NCBI GenBank assembly: GCA_964016885.1
Contig: OZ024746.1
Location: forward strand, 84,320,001 to 84,384,000
Direction of reading: 5' to 3'
From: Eledone cirrhosa
Taxonomy: Eukaryota
Length of the DNA: 64,000 nt
A program made the translations under genes and the position numbers. The notes beneath the pieces are model-generated. The model was given only the letters and a program-made list of their open reading frames with translations, was not told where the DNA came from and ran no database searches. Positions 12,912-26,690 of this stretch are shown here, in pieces (within the stretch, counting starts at the first letter, position 1; each line of letters starts with the position of its first letter).

Positions 12912-13298
12912 GTTATACTTTGGGAGGGTCATGTTGCCAATAAGAAACACACGCACCAGTTGCTTTCACTTCAATTTATTATAATAAATTCATAAATTTA
13001 GAAATTTATAAATTTCCGGTTGGTTGGTTCCACAACCAGATGGTTGTTTATATATTGTCAAAGTTCTTTCGTCACACATTCTGTGACCTCTTCAGTGACT
13101 GGGGATTCTTTTCTTTGTTTTTGTGCCTCTCCTTTGTTCTGTCCTACGCCATCTTGTTTCTGTGTGTGTGACACACACAGAAACAAGATGGTGTGTGTGT
13201 TTCTTATTGGCAACATGACCCTCCCAAAGTATAACAATATCGGTTTCAACACACGTTTTCAGATAAAGAATCTTGCTAAACAAATTCAGAAACGAAAT
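12912..13298. mobile_element. Fold-back element in (TA)n with hammerhead; same family as 17254-17541
   Basis: Inverted arms 12912-12958 and 13189-13235, an inner perfect hairpin 13149-13191 and a 3' tail 13236-13298. Confidence 0.8.
13057..13099 (-). ncRNA. Minimal type I hammerhead ribozyme
   Basis: Minus strand reads guca CUGAAGA g gucac-agaaugu-gugac GAAA gaac UU ugac. Stem I guca/ugac, 5-bp stem II, 2-bp stem III. Confidence 0.75.
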
Positions 13299-13780
13299 AT
13301 ATATATATATATACACACACACACAACACACACATACACACACGGCGCAACAAATGCGTATGATGTCAAATTTTCCCTCGTCATATATATATTCTCATTA
13401 CGTCTCACTTTTCCCATGAAATACCACAAATAATCCGACAATGAACAAGCAGCTAACTAGACAAACTATATATGAAAGAGAAATGACGAATTAGAGTCCA
13501 TTCATCATATTTTCATGCGTTCTAGTAATATTAGAATATCCTATAGATATTTTGGGGTAAGGAATTTTACTCTATTACGTCATAACGTCATATTTCTATG
13601 CATTGTGAGAAAACTGTAAAAGTCTACAAACTCTGTTAAAGAAGCTTTCACTAAATTATTTAGCCAATTTTTTTTGCCATGGTCTGTTTGCGGTTTCGTA
13701 CTTGTATAATTAGATTCATTATGGTTCATACAGCCTTGATGTATAGGTAAATAGGTATTTAGGTAAATACTGTCAGGCAG

Positions 13781-13819
<39 letters not shown>

Positions 13820-13852
13820 ACATGAGTATCTGTGTGTGTGTGTGTGTGTGTT

Positions 13853-14045
13853 TAAGTGCGTGAGAGAGTGTGACTATGTATGTAAATGCATGAGTATCTG
13901 TGTGTATGTGTGTGTGTGTGTGTAAGTGCGTGAGAGAGTGTGACTATGTGTGTAAATGCATGAATATCTGTGTGTGTGTGTGTAAGTGCGTGAGAGAGTG
14001 TGACTATGTGTGTAAATGCATGAGTATCTGTGTGTGTGTGTGTGT
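13853..14045. repeat. ~60-bp minisatellite x3
   Basis: taagtgcgtgagagagtgtgactatgtgtgtaaatgcatgagtatc(tg)n repeated three times. Other short tandem arrays: 24635-24705 (23 bp x3), 36511-36622 (~35 bp x3) and 60458-60527 (23 bp x3). Confidence 0.9.
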
Positions 14046-14414
14046 ATGTGTGTGTGTGTATTTTCTGAGAGATTTCGTCTTTGTCTCTCACTTTGTTTCA
14101 ATCGTATATTCTCTCTTTACCAACGAAATCCAATTTACCTCAACTGTTTCAAACAACCTTGTTGCCAAATTATTTACTATTGTTATGGTTTCAAAGGCAA
14201 ATTCTTGTTGTAACTAATCTATTATAAAACATTTGTTCGAAATACCTTAACAGCTGCTAAGGGTTCAACAATGATATTTTTGTTGATTTTTGTTTGTTTG
14301 TTTTTTGTTTTGTTTTGTTTTTGTTTTCGTTTTCCAATGCTTTCTCGAAATTGACAGTCCTAATAGTCTTCTACTGTCTTCAGTATCAAAACTATTCCTA
14401 GATAAACACGATCG

Positions 14415-14575
14415 TCATGCTTTGCAGCAAAGAGTTACGGCCCTTTATGGTCTGAGTTCAAATCCCGCCGAGATTAACTCTGCCTTTCATCCTTATGGGG
14501 TCGATAAAATAAAGCACCAGTAATACACTGGGATAATTGCTGGCCTTGTGCCAAAAGTAGAAACAATTATATTTT
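14415..14575 (+). mobile_element. SINE family A
   Basis: Same core and 3' end, followed by (TTTTA)n. Confidence 0.85.
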
Positions 14576-15618
14576 ATTTTATTTTATTTTATTTTATTTT
14601 ATTTTATTTTATATATTTACTGTGAATTATGCAAACGTGAACGAGCAGCTCCCTCTCGTAGCGTTTCGTAGAGTCTCACATATTGATGGGAGGAAGGTTA
14701 TCGTCAGACCGGCTTTTTGGCCCAAATGCTTGCATCAAAGTAAACTCTGCTAAGGTACTCGAGGGACATGTGGTGTTAGTAAACCAGGTGAAGGGTTATA
14801 TCAACCATACTCTGCTCGCCATAGGTCTCCAGTTATTGTATTTATCAGGGTTTTAACTTGTGAACTTCATTTTGAAAGGTGTTTTGTCTAAAATAATAAA
14901 TACTGAATAGCAGTAAAATCACATTTGTTGAGGAAAGACGTTGGCATTGCTGTGCAATATTAGTCTCGGCATCGAGGTTAGGTGGCTTCGGCCTCTAATC
15001 CGCTTCAGATCTGGCACTGCCGGCCTACTTCTCCTCAATCTCCCCCAGTCGCACCCTCGTCAGCGAGGTCCTCAGCAGGACGGAAAACCTGACGTGACCC
15101 AAGAACTGGAGCAGGCACTGGCCAACTGGACCTGCGAAGGCCTCACCGTCCCCCAGTATACAAAAGTTCGCTTTGAAATCATAAGATATTGGGTTAGATC
15201 CCACTGAGTAGCATCTTAGGAAAGTGTCTTTGCTATTGCTTCAGGTCAACCCAAGCCATGTGAGGATGGATAGTACCTGTAATTCAAAAGTCTAGCCTTG
15301 AGTTACACTGGCTTGGGAATCACATTAATAATACTGTTGTCTGTTAAATATTCAGCTATTTACACATTAATTCATGAGTTGGACATTCAATAGATCGAAC
15401 ATCTAGCTGCTTATCGTAAAATTAACATAGGTATGTCTCTCTTGTGTACAACGCGTCATATAATTAAATTTACGCGTCATGTTCCAGAACGCATTAAACA
15501 CAGTGACTTTATAGCAGAAATTGTTCTGCTTTTTGTTAATCGCCAGAGGGAGGTGTGTGCGGCGCCTGTTATATTACATGTGTATTTGTCTCTAGTGATT
15601 GATTTAATTTTAGAGCCT

Positions 15619-15681
<63 letters not shown>

Positions 15682-15682
<1 letters not shown>

Positions 15683-15868
15683 AGTAGGACCCCGACGGCT
15701 GAGCTCAAGCCGTTTCGACGGCTAATTCTGGAGTCCAGAATTAGCCGTCGAAACGGCTTGAGCTCACCCGTCGGGGTCCTACTCGTTCCTATTACCCACT
15801 CTACTACCCTAAGTATTGAGTACGTTGGTACGTTATGGTCCACCTGGTTCCTTACCACATTTCCTTCG

Positions 15869-15870
<2 letters not shown>
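15682..15870. mobile_element. 103-bp palindrome plus ~85-bp tail, in microsatellite; same family as 31160-31302
   Basis: 15682-15784 is palindromic about 15733 with one mismatch. The tail ccactctactaccctaagtattgagtac...ccttaccacatttcct is shared with 31227-31302. Confidence 0.85.
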
Positions 15871-15925
<55 letters not shown>

Positions 15926-16730
15926 TATTTAATATATATGTGTATATATATATATATATGTGTGGGGGGGGGGGGGGGGGGGGGGCTGTGTGTGTATAGT
16001 TGTGTCATCAAATATCATAACAGATTTATTGATTATAGAGAATGGTCCAACGAGCAATGAAAATAATGTGTGAAACTATTCATAAATTTGTTATCGAAAC
16101 ACCTCGTACTTTTTATTTAATAGTAAATTATTTTACTTTGATCTTAGCTAAAAGCCTGAGAACAATCATTCATAAATGTGATAGCGCATGCCACTCGCTG
16201 AAAACGATGAATTTCAACTTAATATAAACACATAGACACTTATCTAATCGAAAATGACATTTTTTTTCTTTACATATAACGTATTTTACTTGTACAGTGA
16301 ACAGTTTAATAATAGTAATAAAAAATATAAAAAATATAACAATCATGTTTACAAAACATTGTTGAGATTTACATATAATTATCATTGTTCCGGAGGTTCT
16401 TTTATCACAATATTTATAGTAAAACTGCAAATTTCATAAAATATTCAATATTTTCCATCGTTATTTATCAGTAAATGAAGAGTGTTCTTATTTATCGTTA
16501 TGTTTAAAGCACCATATAGCTAACCTCTTACTCCAGCTTACACTTATTTTAATGCTGTCAATCACTCATTCCTTGTACAGTATGTCAGACAGAGCAATAT
16601 AATAAATATTTCCACACAGATTCATATTATATATCATGCAGTCACTCACTCTTTATTTATTGTTTGACAATCTCCTATTCCTACACTGTCTCCTAAACGT
16701 GAGAGCAAATAATTACACATAGTTGATTAT

Positions 16731-17087
<357 letters not shown>

Positions 17088-17253
17088 GTGTGTGTGTGTG
17101 TCATTGCGTATGTGTATGTTTATATCTAAATACAACTGTGTAAAAGACAAATATGTATATCTGCAATATAGATTCATAATATAGTTTATGTACTTTTATA
17201 GGCGCGTTTAGGTGCAACCCACTTAGCGTTTTTAACTCTATAACTATATATAT

Positions 17254-17537
17254 ATATTGTTATACTTTGGGAGGGTCATGTTGCCAATAAGAAACACACG
17301 CACCAGTTGCTTTCACTTCAATTTATTATATATTTATAAATTTATAAATTTACAAATCTAGAAATTTATAAGTTTGTAGATTTGTAAATTTATAAATTTA
17401 TAAATATATAATAAATTGAAGTGAAAGCAACTGGTGCGTGTGTTTCTTATTGGCAACATGACCCTCCCAAAGTATAACAATATCGGTTTCAACACACGAT
17501 TTCAGATAAAGAATCTTGCTAAACAAATTCAGAAACG

Positions 17538-17541
<4 letters not shown>
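17254..17541. mobile_element. Near-perfect 230-bp palindrome plus ~58-bp tail, in (TA)n
   Basis: 17254-17483 is self-complementary around about 17368. The tail 17484-17541 is almost identical to 13241-13298. Confidence 0.85.
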
Positions 17542-17588
<47 letters not shown>

Positions 17589-17769
17589 AAGGCGTGTGGG
17601 TGAGTTTGTGAGTTCGAGTCGTGGACCGGGCGATGCGTTATGTCCTTGGGCAAGACACTTTATTTCACGTTGTTCCTTCTACCTGGAGTTGCGATAGATA
17701 GTACTAGCAACTGGAAAGACCGACGGAAACATTGTTTCCTCGGTCCGATTTGACGAAAGTCGATCGATG

Positions 17770-17849
<80 letters not shown>

Positions 17850-17853
17850 TATA

Positions 17854-17907
<54 letters not shown>

Positions 17908-17967
17908 TATGCACATATATATATACATACAGACACACACATATATATATATATATGTGTGTGTGTG

Positions 17968-18051
<84 letters not shown>

Positions 18052-18193
18052 GCTCTCTGTGTGTATGCATGTATCTATGCAAGACTCTATGTGGGTGTAT
18101 ATTATGATACCCATAGATATGCATATAAAGAAAAGTTGGAGCAATTTAAGAGAAATCAAATTCCTTAATCTTTGTTTCCTTTGTTAATCACAG

Positions 18194-18325
18194 GTCCTGT
18201 AACATGTTACAAATGCATGGGAACACTGGTGAATAGCTCGTGCGCTGATCCAGTAAACGTGAATAACATCTCTGTGAAAGAATGTCAACAAGGACTGTGT
18301 ATAAAATGGACGAGGAAGCTCAATG
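18194..18325 (+). CDS. Ly6/three-finger (quiver/sleepless-like) protein, internal coding exon
   Basis: Acceptor ...tttgttaatcacAG and donor aatg|GTAAG, phase 1 at both ends. Translation (G)PVTCYKCMGTLVNSSCADPVNVNNISVKECQQGLCIKWTRKLN has the Ly6 N-terminal CYxC...CxDP...C...CxK pattern. It is absent from the ORF track because it is short. The signal-peptide exon was not located. Confidence 0.88.
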
Positions 18326-18729
18326 GTAAGTAAACCGTTCAGATATTTTAAACACAATTTGATTGCTCTGTTTAGTTTTTATTTTAATATTATGGTTTAG
18401 ATAGAGGAGAAAGGTCGATGGTTATACTACGAAACTATTGGAAACAAAGCGAGGAAAAAGCATGACTTAAGTGTTATCGTCAAACCAGAAACCTGATAAG
18501 AATGCTTGTAAAAAATAAGTAAACTTTTCTAAATGCACCTTGTGGACGGGTATGTTGTTAAACTAGGGCCGTTTTTAGATTAAAAAAATATTCAGGCTAT
18601 CAGATAGGTATAATTTATTATAGATGAAATTAATTATATACTAGAAAACATGGATTTGGGTAACTTTGAATTTTATCTGAAATTGCTTCAATGTCCAATA
18701 ATGATAATGATAATAATAATGGTAGTTTC

Positions 18730-19445
18730 TTTATTATTTGGCCACTAGGGTCGAAACACTAGGAACAATACAAATAAATAAGGCAAGTGGCGATTTACAT
18801 AAAAGGAGTAAGCAGAAAAGAAATGGGCAACAAAGTAACAATAAATGAAAAACAACAGGATTCTCTAAGAGAGGGAGGATTACCTAAGGGTAATTAAGGA
18901 ACCCCAAAGATCCGAGAGCACCCCAATCACCAACAGTACTACAGGCATGTGCTCTTCTACCCTTTCTTCTCTCCAGTCAGAGATGCAACATTCACATACC
19001 ACCTTTAGGATGGAGGCAGTACCTCCCTTTCCACCCTCACCTTCCTTTCCAAGTGGAACTTGAAAAAAACGACAAAGGCTTGGCCAAACAGGAATGTATT
19101 TATCTTCAGTCCATTCAGTCTCGCCCACCACACAACTTCTTTTGCCATATTCACCAGACAGAGGAAAACTATCTGCTCTGCTCGACCAAAAAAAGGCAAA
19201 GCTTTACGATGGAGTCTGTCGATAACAGGATCTGTTTTACACGCGACAGCAGCTGTTCGACAAAACTCCACAAGTCAGCAATGCTCGAACACTGGATGAA
19301 TGCGTGTAGAATAGTTTCATCGCTTTGCACGCATTTCAGACAAGTCCGTCGAACAGCAGTTCCTTATCTGTAGTGTTAGTCTCGAACTGGCAGTACTGCC
19401 AGATCAGGGATTTGTTTCTGTTTTCACGCGGAGCTGAGTTCGGTA
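18730..19445 (-). mobile_element. Tx1/L1-like LINE ORF2 3' fragment inside the Ly6 gene intron
   Basis: Minus-strand translation TCLKCVQSDETILHAFIQCSSIADLWSF (CCHC) followed by FLCLVNMAKEVVWWARL...FFKFHLERKVRVERE. Frameshifted. Confidence 0.75.
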
Positions 19446-19558
19446 ATGCAGTAACAACACGCAAAAAAAAAAAAAATTATAATAATAATAAAAGACACGG
19501 CCATTTTCATTAATTTTATTAATGTATTTTTTCTGGTTTATTTGTTCTATTTTAACAG

Positions 19559-19782
19559 GAATTTGGTATATGGAAAGAACGTGCTCAGATGATCTTACTA
19601 TCTACATCAGCCTAATGGACCGTGTGTGTCGGACGGAGCGAAATGGAAATGGTTATTTATGTATGTGTGGCAAACATTTATGCAATGCAGCTAATTTCCC
19701 TGACACAGAATCACTGTACATCAAAACTATTGCACCTACAGCCCTTTCTTTAATATATATGGCGCTGCAGTCTATATTATGA
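19559..19782 (+). CDS. Ly6/three-finger (quiver/sleepless-like) protein, terminal coding exon with putative GPI signal
   Basis: Acceptor ttctattttaacAG, in phase with the previous exon. Translation GIWYMERTCSDDLTIYISLMDRVCRTERNGNGYLCMCGKHLCNAANFPDTESLYIKTIAPTALSLIYMALQSIL*. It has the CxCxxxxCN motif, 10 Cys over both exons and a hydrophobic C-terminus. Confidence 0.9.
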
Positions 19783-20661
19783 TTTGTTGTGTCTCCTCAT
19801 CTTTCCTAATTCGCCAGCTGAACACACAGCGGTCCATGTCGGACGTAGCCATTGGGATCATCCATTACAAGATAGGTGTTTTAACAACATAAATTTAAAA
19901 CAAAAGCAACAACAACTAAACACAAGAGCAACAACAACAAATATAATCTAAATTAGTGGATATTTGAGAGTTGATCCTTCTTTTTTTCTGCTGTTGTTTT
20001 ATTTTACTTTTTTTTTTTTTTTTTTTATTATTATTCTTCATTCATCGTTTGGAAGAGAATGGAATGAGGTAGGTGAGGATATATGAATCTGTTGCTACAG
20101 TTAACATAATTGAGTTTATCTATTGCTGTTATTGTTCTTGTTTTTGTTGTTTTCATTCAACCGATGCACTTTCAGGAAGATGATGCTGATCGTGCTTAAA
20201 GGTTTCCACATGATTGCCAGAATCACAACACCATCGTAAAGCTGTTTGAACATTACTAAAATGAAAAGAAAAAAAAACTGGGAAGGGTGGGGGCAGAGAT
20301 AATCATCCCTTTGTAATCAATAATTAAAATTCAACATGGAAACAGCAGGCCTCCCGCTAAAGTTCAAAAAAATGTACCAACGAGGAAACTTCTACCTGGT
20401 TGCTGACACCCCCGAGACATAGTCACCAAATCTTCCTCGTACCACACTGCATTAAAAAAACATACGCATTGGATAATGTGCTTCTAGATACATTACGCTT
20501 GAAAAAAAGACGTGATGTTCATGGATAGAATGTCTTTGATCATAGGCCTGCTCGATCATGGCTGAGCTGGGACTAAACAACAGCAACAACAGCTACTACA
20601 ACTATTAAAATATAACGTAATACACTACTCTCTTGAGAAAAAAATTTAAATATATATACTC

Positions 20662-20782
<121 letters not shown>

Positions 20783-21811
20783 AATTTAGTAAAAAATGAG
20801 AATTTAATATTTGCCGATAATTGAAGTCATTTTCTATAAATTGTAACTGAAGTAATATGACGTATAACTAATTTCATCAATGATTAGATTTTTGTTTGTT
20901 TTCCCCCTCTCCAGTCATTCTTTCGTCGCCATTTTCATTCTACTTTTTTGTTATTTGTTAACTGTCTAGCTGCTTCATTACATAGCCACTTCCATCGAAA
21001 ACAAAATGAATTATTATTGGGATTTATAATGTCGATGTTGTTGTTACTGTTGTTGTTGAGAGCTTTTTTTATAAATACAAAATCTTATTTAGTTTTAATG
21101 ACAAAACCAGATATTAGAAATATATTAAATGATATTATTAAAACAAACTAGTCAAACCTTTGCTCTACGAATTTGTTTTTTTTAAAACAAACAAAAGACA
21201 GACATGTGTGTGATGTACTTCTGTTCATCAAAATGTATAAAATTTATGGGAAAATATACCATATAACAGATGTGTAAGATAACACACAGAAAATATGATT
21301 CAATTCAAAAACATATTTCAATGACAACTGGATGAACTGGAATGAAGAGTAGAAACGAAACGAGAACTGAATCTCTAATTACACTAGTTTTATATAATCT
21401 TATATATAGAAGAAGTCTTGGTAAATATATAAAAAAAAAAAGAAAAAATAACATCATGAAAATATAACAAATCGCGTCAGATCGGACGCAATACAAAAAA
21501 AATAAAAGGAAATATGAAACGCCAAAAAAAAAAACATCCCCACAACAGTACGAATTCTATTTATCTTTTGATCCCTTTACAGTTAGAATTATCCGCTATG
21601 GGTTTGTCCTTTCCCTCGTGGTGTGATATTATAACAAATAAACAAACACAAATAAATAAATTATTAACATATATTTATCACTTTGTTCCCGGTATTCGTG
21701 AACAAAGAGCAGATTTTTCACTCATACACCATGTTGGTATTTAGTTGACTACCATGTGCAAATATAAATAGATATATCTTCCGGAATCTATATAATTCTA
21801 TATATATATAT

Positions 21812-21906
<95 letters not shown>

Positions 21907-21987
21907 ATATATATATATATATATGTGTATATATGTATATATATATGTATATATGCGTTTGTGAGTGTGAATGTGGGCGTGCGGTTG

Positions 21988-22059
<72 letters not shown>

Positions 22060-22977
22060 GAAAAATGTTTTAAAGTCTACTGTATTTTTTTAATACATTT
22101 TTTTCTTGTTAAAATTTGAATTCTCTAAATCTTGTTCTCCATATTCTTCTCTACATGAAATGAAATTTGTTATATATTATTTCTATTACGACTACATTTA
22201 CTATTACTATATTTATTACCCTACATCTATTACCTTTATTGTTGTTTAGACATACTGTTGTGATCAATTAAGCAGGTAGAGTAAATATCATTTCAGAAAA
22301 AAATATTGGGTGTTTAAAAAGAAAACAAAAAAGAAAAATGTTTTCATACGATTAATTAATTTTCTCTTTCTAAAGAGTGAGAGACCAGTTGCTCCACATG
22401 TCAGAAAAGCACCAAACCTTTATCCGGAATAATTCTATGAGACATTCAAGTTATTTATATGATATATTTCTAACATTTTTTTATGGACACCATTGCAGAA
22501 TTATATCTTAACCACGGAGATAGTCTTTCTTGCTCTACAGTTTTATCTTTAAAATTGGAAACAATATATTTGTTGCCGGATTTAATTGAACTCTCTTCAT
22601 TTACAACTACTATACTAACAAATAGTTCTTTTAACACTGTATTGCGGTGTTTCCTTCTTCTTTCTTTCTTTTTGTATTAAAATAAACTGCATAGTATGTA
22701 TGAACTAGTACTGGATAGACGGTGCTGTGGTAAGAATAGCAAAGAGCAGTTTCGTTTCTCTATATTCTGAGTTCAAATTTCCCCGAAGATCGCTTTTTTG
22801 CCTTTCATCCCACCGGTATAGATAAAACTAAAAATTATAAGAATAACTATACCCTTCCAATCCCCACCCACACAACATCGCCTTGCTACATAATTGTGGC
22901 GTTGTGACAATGTAAGAAACCATGAATTAGTTCTGGACATATGTATGTATGTGTATATATGTATGTGTATGTATGTA

Positions 22978-23030
<53 letters not shown>

Positions 23031-24108
23031 GGAGACGCATTACAGCAAAAATAGCATTGCCTCGATAGAAAATAGATCTCCTGTTCCTCTAGATTCGTAT
23101 TTCATGTTTTGTTTTGTCTATACTATAAAGATGTTTATTTTGAAGATACTTTCGTTTATGTTGTTTCTGGATACAATGTTGGCCCAGTCAATGAGCCTAC
23201 AGCAACTCGTATTGGCCACAGAACATTACATAACGTAATATTTGTCTTCAACTTGTAAATATGCGGCTTAAACTATGTAACATAACACCAATGACTTGCG
23301 CAATAGATAATGAGCTTCAGCTCTTGGCGAATGGATTTTGCGACACATATTCAATGTTGTATTTGTTAAATTTACCTTGTGTTGCTAATGACAGAGGGAA
23401 ATCTACGTAGTCGCTCGACCTGCTAGAAATAGCAGTCAAATTTCCTTCCAACTACACTATCCCCTCTAGATAATGAAAAGACATATTGAACAACATAGAC
23501 CTAAATATAAAACAAAGACGTGGCTGTCGTGTTTGGAACGCCTGCGAATATAAGTTTGTTTGTTTGTTTTTTCGTTCAAGGTTGAATTGGAACTAAACAA
23601 CAACAATGCTGCTGGGAGGGACATAAAAATCAAAACTTATTTCTTTCTCCTTTTCTTAAATTCTAAGGTCTTCGTGCTTGGTAAAATAAAATAAAACATC
23701 TGTTACCGTCTTGGGAAATCTTAGATTTTCTATATAAGAAATATATTAAGGCCTTATAATTTTATAATGTCAAAAACGGCAGAGTCTCAAGTAAACTTTT
23801 ATCAGTCTTTAATTTCCCCCCTTGTACATTCTGAGTTCAAATTTCATTCTGGTCTACATTAAATTTCATGTTGTTGGGAGTCGATAATATGAGTACGAGT
23901 CATAAGGATGATCGACTCAATCTATTATGTTCGTCCCCTTACTATGTTCTTTGCATTAAGACATCTGTAAAGGTATTTCTTTTCCTCAATCATTTGAGTT
24001 TTAGATATTTCCACTTCATCTTGGGTCTTTTCTTACCCTTTGAATTTATTTTTCTATTCATAAGCATCCTCATGAGGTCAAAGGTCGTGAAGCCACAGCA
24101 TCTAGTAA

Positions 24109-24156
<48 letters not shown>

Positions 24157-24792
24157 GGAGAGAGAATAACCAAGTTATACTTAAAACATAATTTTAATTC
24201 TACATATGTTTCAATGAATATCGGTGGGCCATACCACGATATACACGAGATATCTGTCCGTCACCCTACATATCTTCACGAATTTATATATTATTATAAG
24301 TTTCAAGGGTAATACATACAAAAACTTTCAAAAGCAACAGCGAAGAAGAAACGGTGTAAATACAATATATCAAAATTTAGTACTTCTGTGCATCCGTACA
24401 TTAACAAACATATGATTAAAATTACCTGAGATTTTTAGTGTGCATATTGACAAGAAAGGGACAGAAGTTAGTCAATTGTGCGTTAGGCGTATAAAAATAT
24501 ACAAAAAATAATAAATGGAAAAGAAGATTGATAATTTCGTAAGAATTCAAGTTTTAAATTAATTCTTCTTCATAAGAAATTTTTCTGCGGTACCCAAAAA
24601 AATCTCTAACCGTAAAACACTGGTATCAATCTTATATCATAATAGAATACAATGCGATATCATAATAGAATACAATGCGATATCATAATAGGATACAATG
24701 TAATATCAATAAATGAATAAATATAGAAAGATAGATAATTAAACAATTTTGGGGGCTGACTTGGATAGATTTATATATTAGAATATATATAC

Positions 24793-24830
<38 letters not shown>

Positions 24831-25158
24831 TAATATATAAATCTACATATATATATAATTGTTTCTACTATTGGCACAAGGCCACCAATTACCCAGTACA
24901 TTACTGGTACTTTATTTTACATATAATTAAAATTGTACATATATATATAATACTTGTAGATATATACTAAATATATGAATATGTGAATGTGATGTATACA
25001 GTTGTGTCCTAATAAACTCCCAAATATACATGCAACTACTGGGTGCAGTGTGATGGTAGGTCCTATAATCAATTGGATCTTTCGAGCTACATGGAAGATT
25101 TGTTCATAAAGTGCATATAGAAAACGTCAAGTTTGTCAGGACCCATCCTACATTAAGC

Positions 25159-25430
25159 TTATGGCATCGGACAACAACCAACAAAGATTTTTCGGCTTTC
25201 ATGTAGTGATGATTCGAAGCTGTTCTGTACTGGGTTTGTTTCCCAATCCTCGGAAGGACTTGAACTTGAACAAGTTAATGAAGTACTCGTCAGTACTACA
25301 ATTCTGCCACTGTTTACATCTATGAATGGTAACATCCTGTGATGCCTATTACAGCTGAATACCTCCTGAGGTCCAATTAAGAGCTTGGTGATATATGCAT
25401 TAGGCTGGGGTATAAAATTAAGATCAATGT
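25159..25430 (-). CDS. Possible terminal exon of an unidentified gene
   Basis: Non-repetitive 90-codon open frame after ttgtttttAG (DIDLNFIPQPNAYITKLLIGPQEVF...KIFVGCCPMP*). No recognisable motif, a weak polypyrimidine tract and no partner exon identified. Confidence 0.25.
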
Positions 25431-25638
25431 CTAAAAACAAATTTTTTTTTTTTAAATATTATCACGAATCCTATAAATCTAAGTAGTGACTGTAAATCGT
25501 AAACCTCCACTCTCCTACATGAAGAAGTAAAATAGTCAGATGATTAAGGTATTTGACTTCTCAGTCATAGGTCGTATGTTAAAATCCATTGTGTTGATAA
25601 ACAGAAGCGTTTGATGTGCCTCAGTCTCTCTCTCTCTC

Positions 25639-25764
<126 letters not shown>

Positions 25765-26651
25765 CATGTGTGTGTATCTGTGTCTGTGTTAAAAAAAAAG
25801 GTGCTAGACCTCTGGTAAAGTTACTTATATTGGATTAGCGTCTTATCCAGTGGCTACGAAATTTTTTTCTTATCCGCCCAATTCTTCTGAAACTTGAATT
25901 ACCAAATGGCTCTATGGTCCCCTAAGATTCGTAACTTTTAACTTAAATCTTCCACTAAAAATATAACAACATAAAACAATATTAAAAGGAATTTGCTTTT
26001 ATTTCATAATCCTAACTTATAAACGGGTTCTTACTAACACTTTAGTAGAAGGATTGAGCCGGTAGAGTATCGAACTAAACGCCTTATTTAATTATGTCTA
26101 ATAACGTTGTGAGTTCAAGTACCTGCTGGGTCAACTTTGCCTTTTATCCTTCCGAGGTCGATAAAATAAGTACCAGTTATATACTGGGTCGATTCAATCG
26201 ATTATATTCTTTCCTTATACATCTGAGATTTTGTGCCAATGTAAAAAAAATCATTACTATCATTATTTATCTAATCAGCATTTGAAACCGTATCAGTAAT
26301 TTACTGAAAGTTGATCCAATCGATTATACCATCTTCACTACAAAAATTAGCTTTGCATTTAACTACAAAGATTAGCCTTGCATTTATCTAAAAAGATTAT
26401 TTTCGTAATTCTTACAAGAGTTTATAAGAAAGCATAGAAAAGATTTATATATTAATGACCGAAAGAAGAAATTACTCCATTACTTACATATTTAAATTTA
26501 TGAGATGTGATTATTGGTTTAAATAAAGAAACCATTACTGGTCGAATAGTTAAAACTTTTCCTATTAACTTCATCTTCATTCAATTTGTCCATTCTTTCT
26601 CGCCATCTTCTTCAGATGTCCTATTCCTATTCACACACACACACACACACT

Positions 26652-26690
<39 letters not shown>

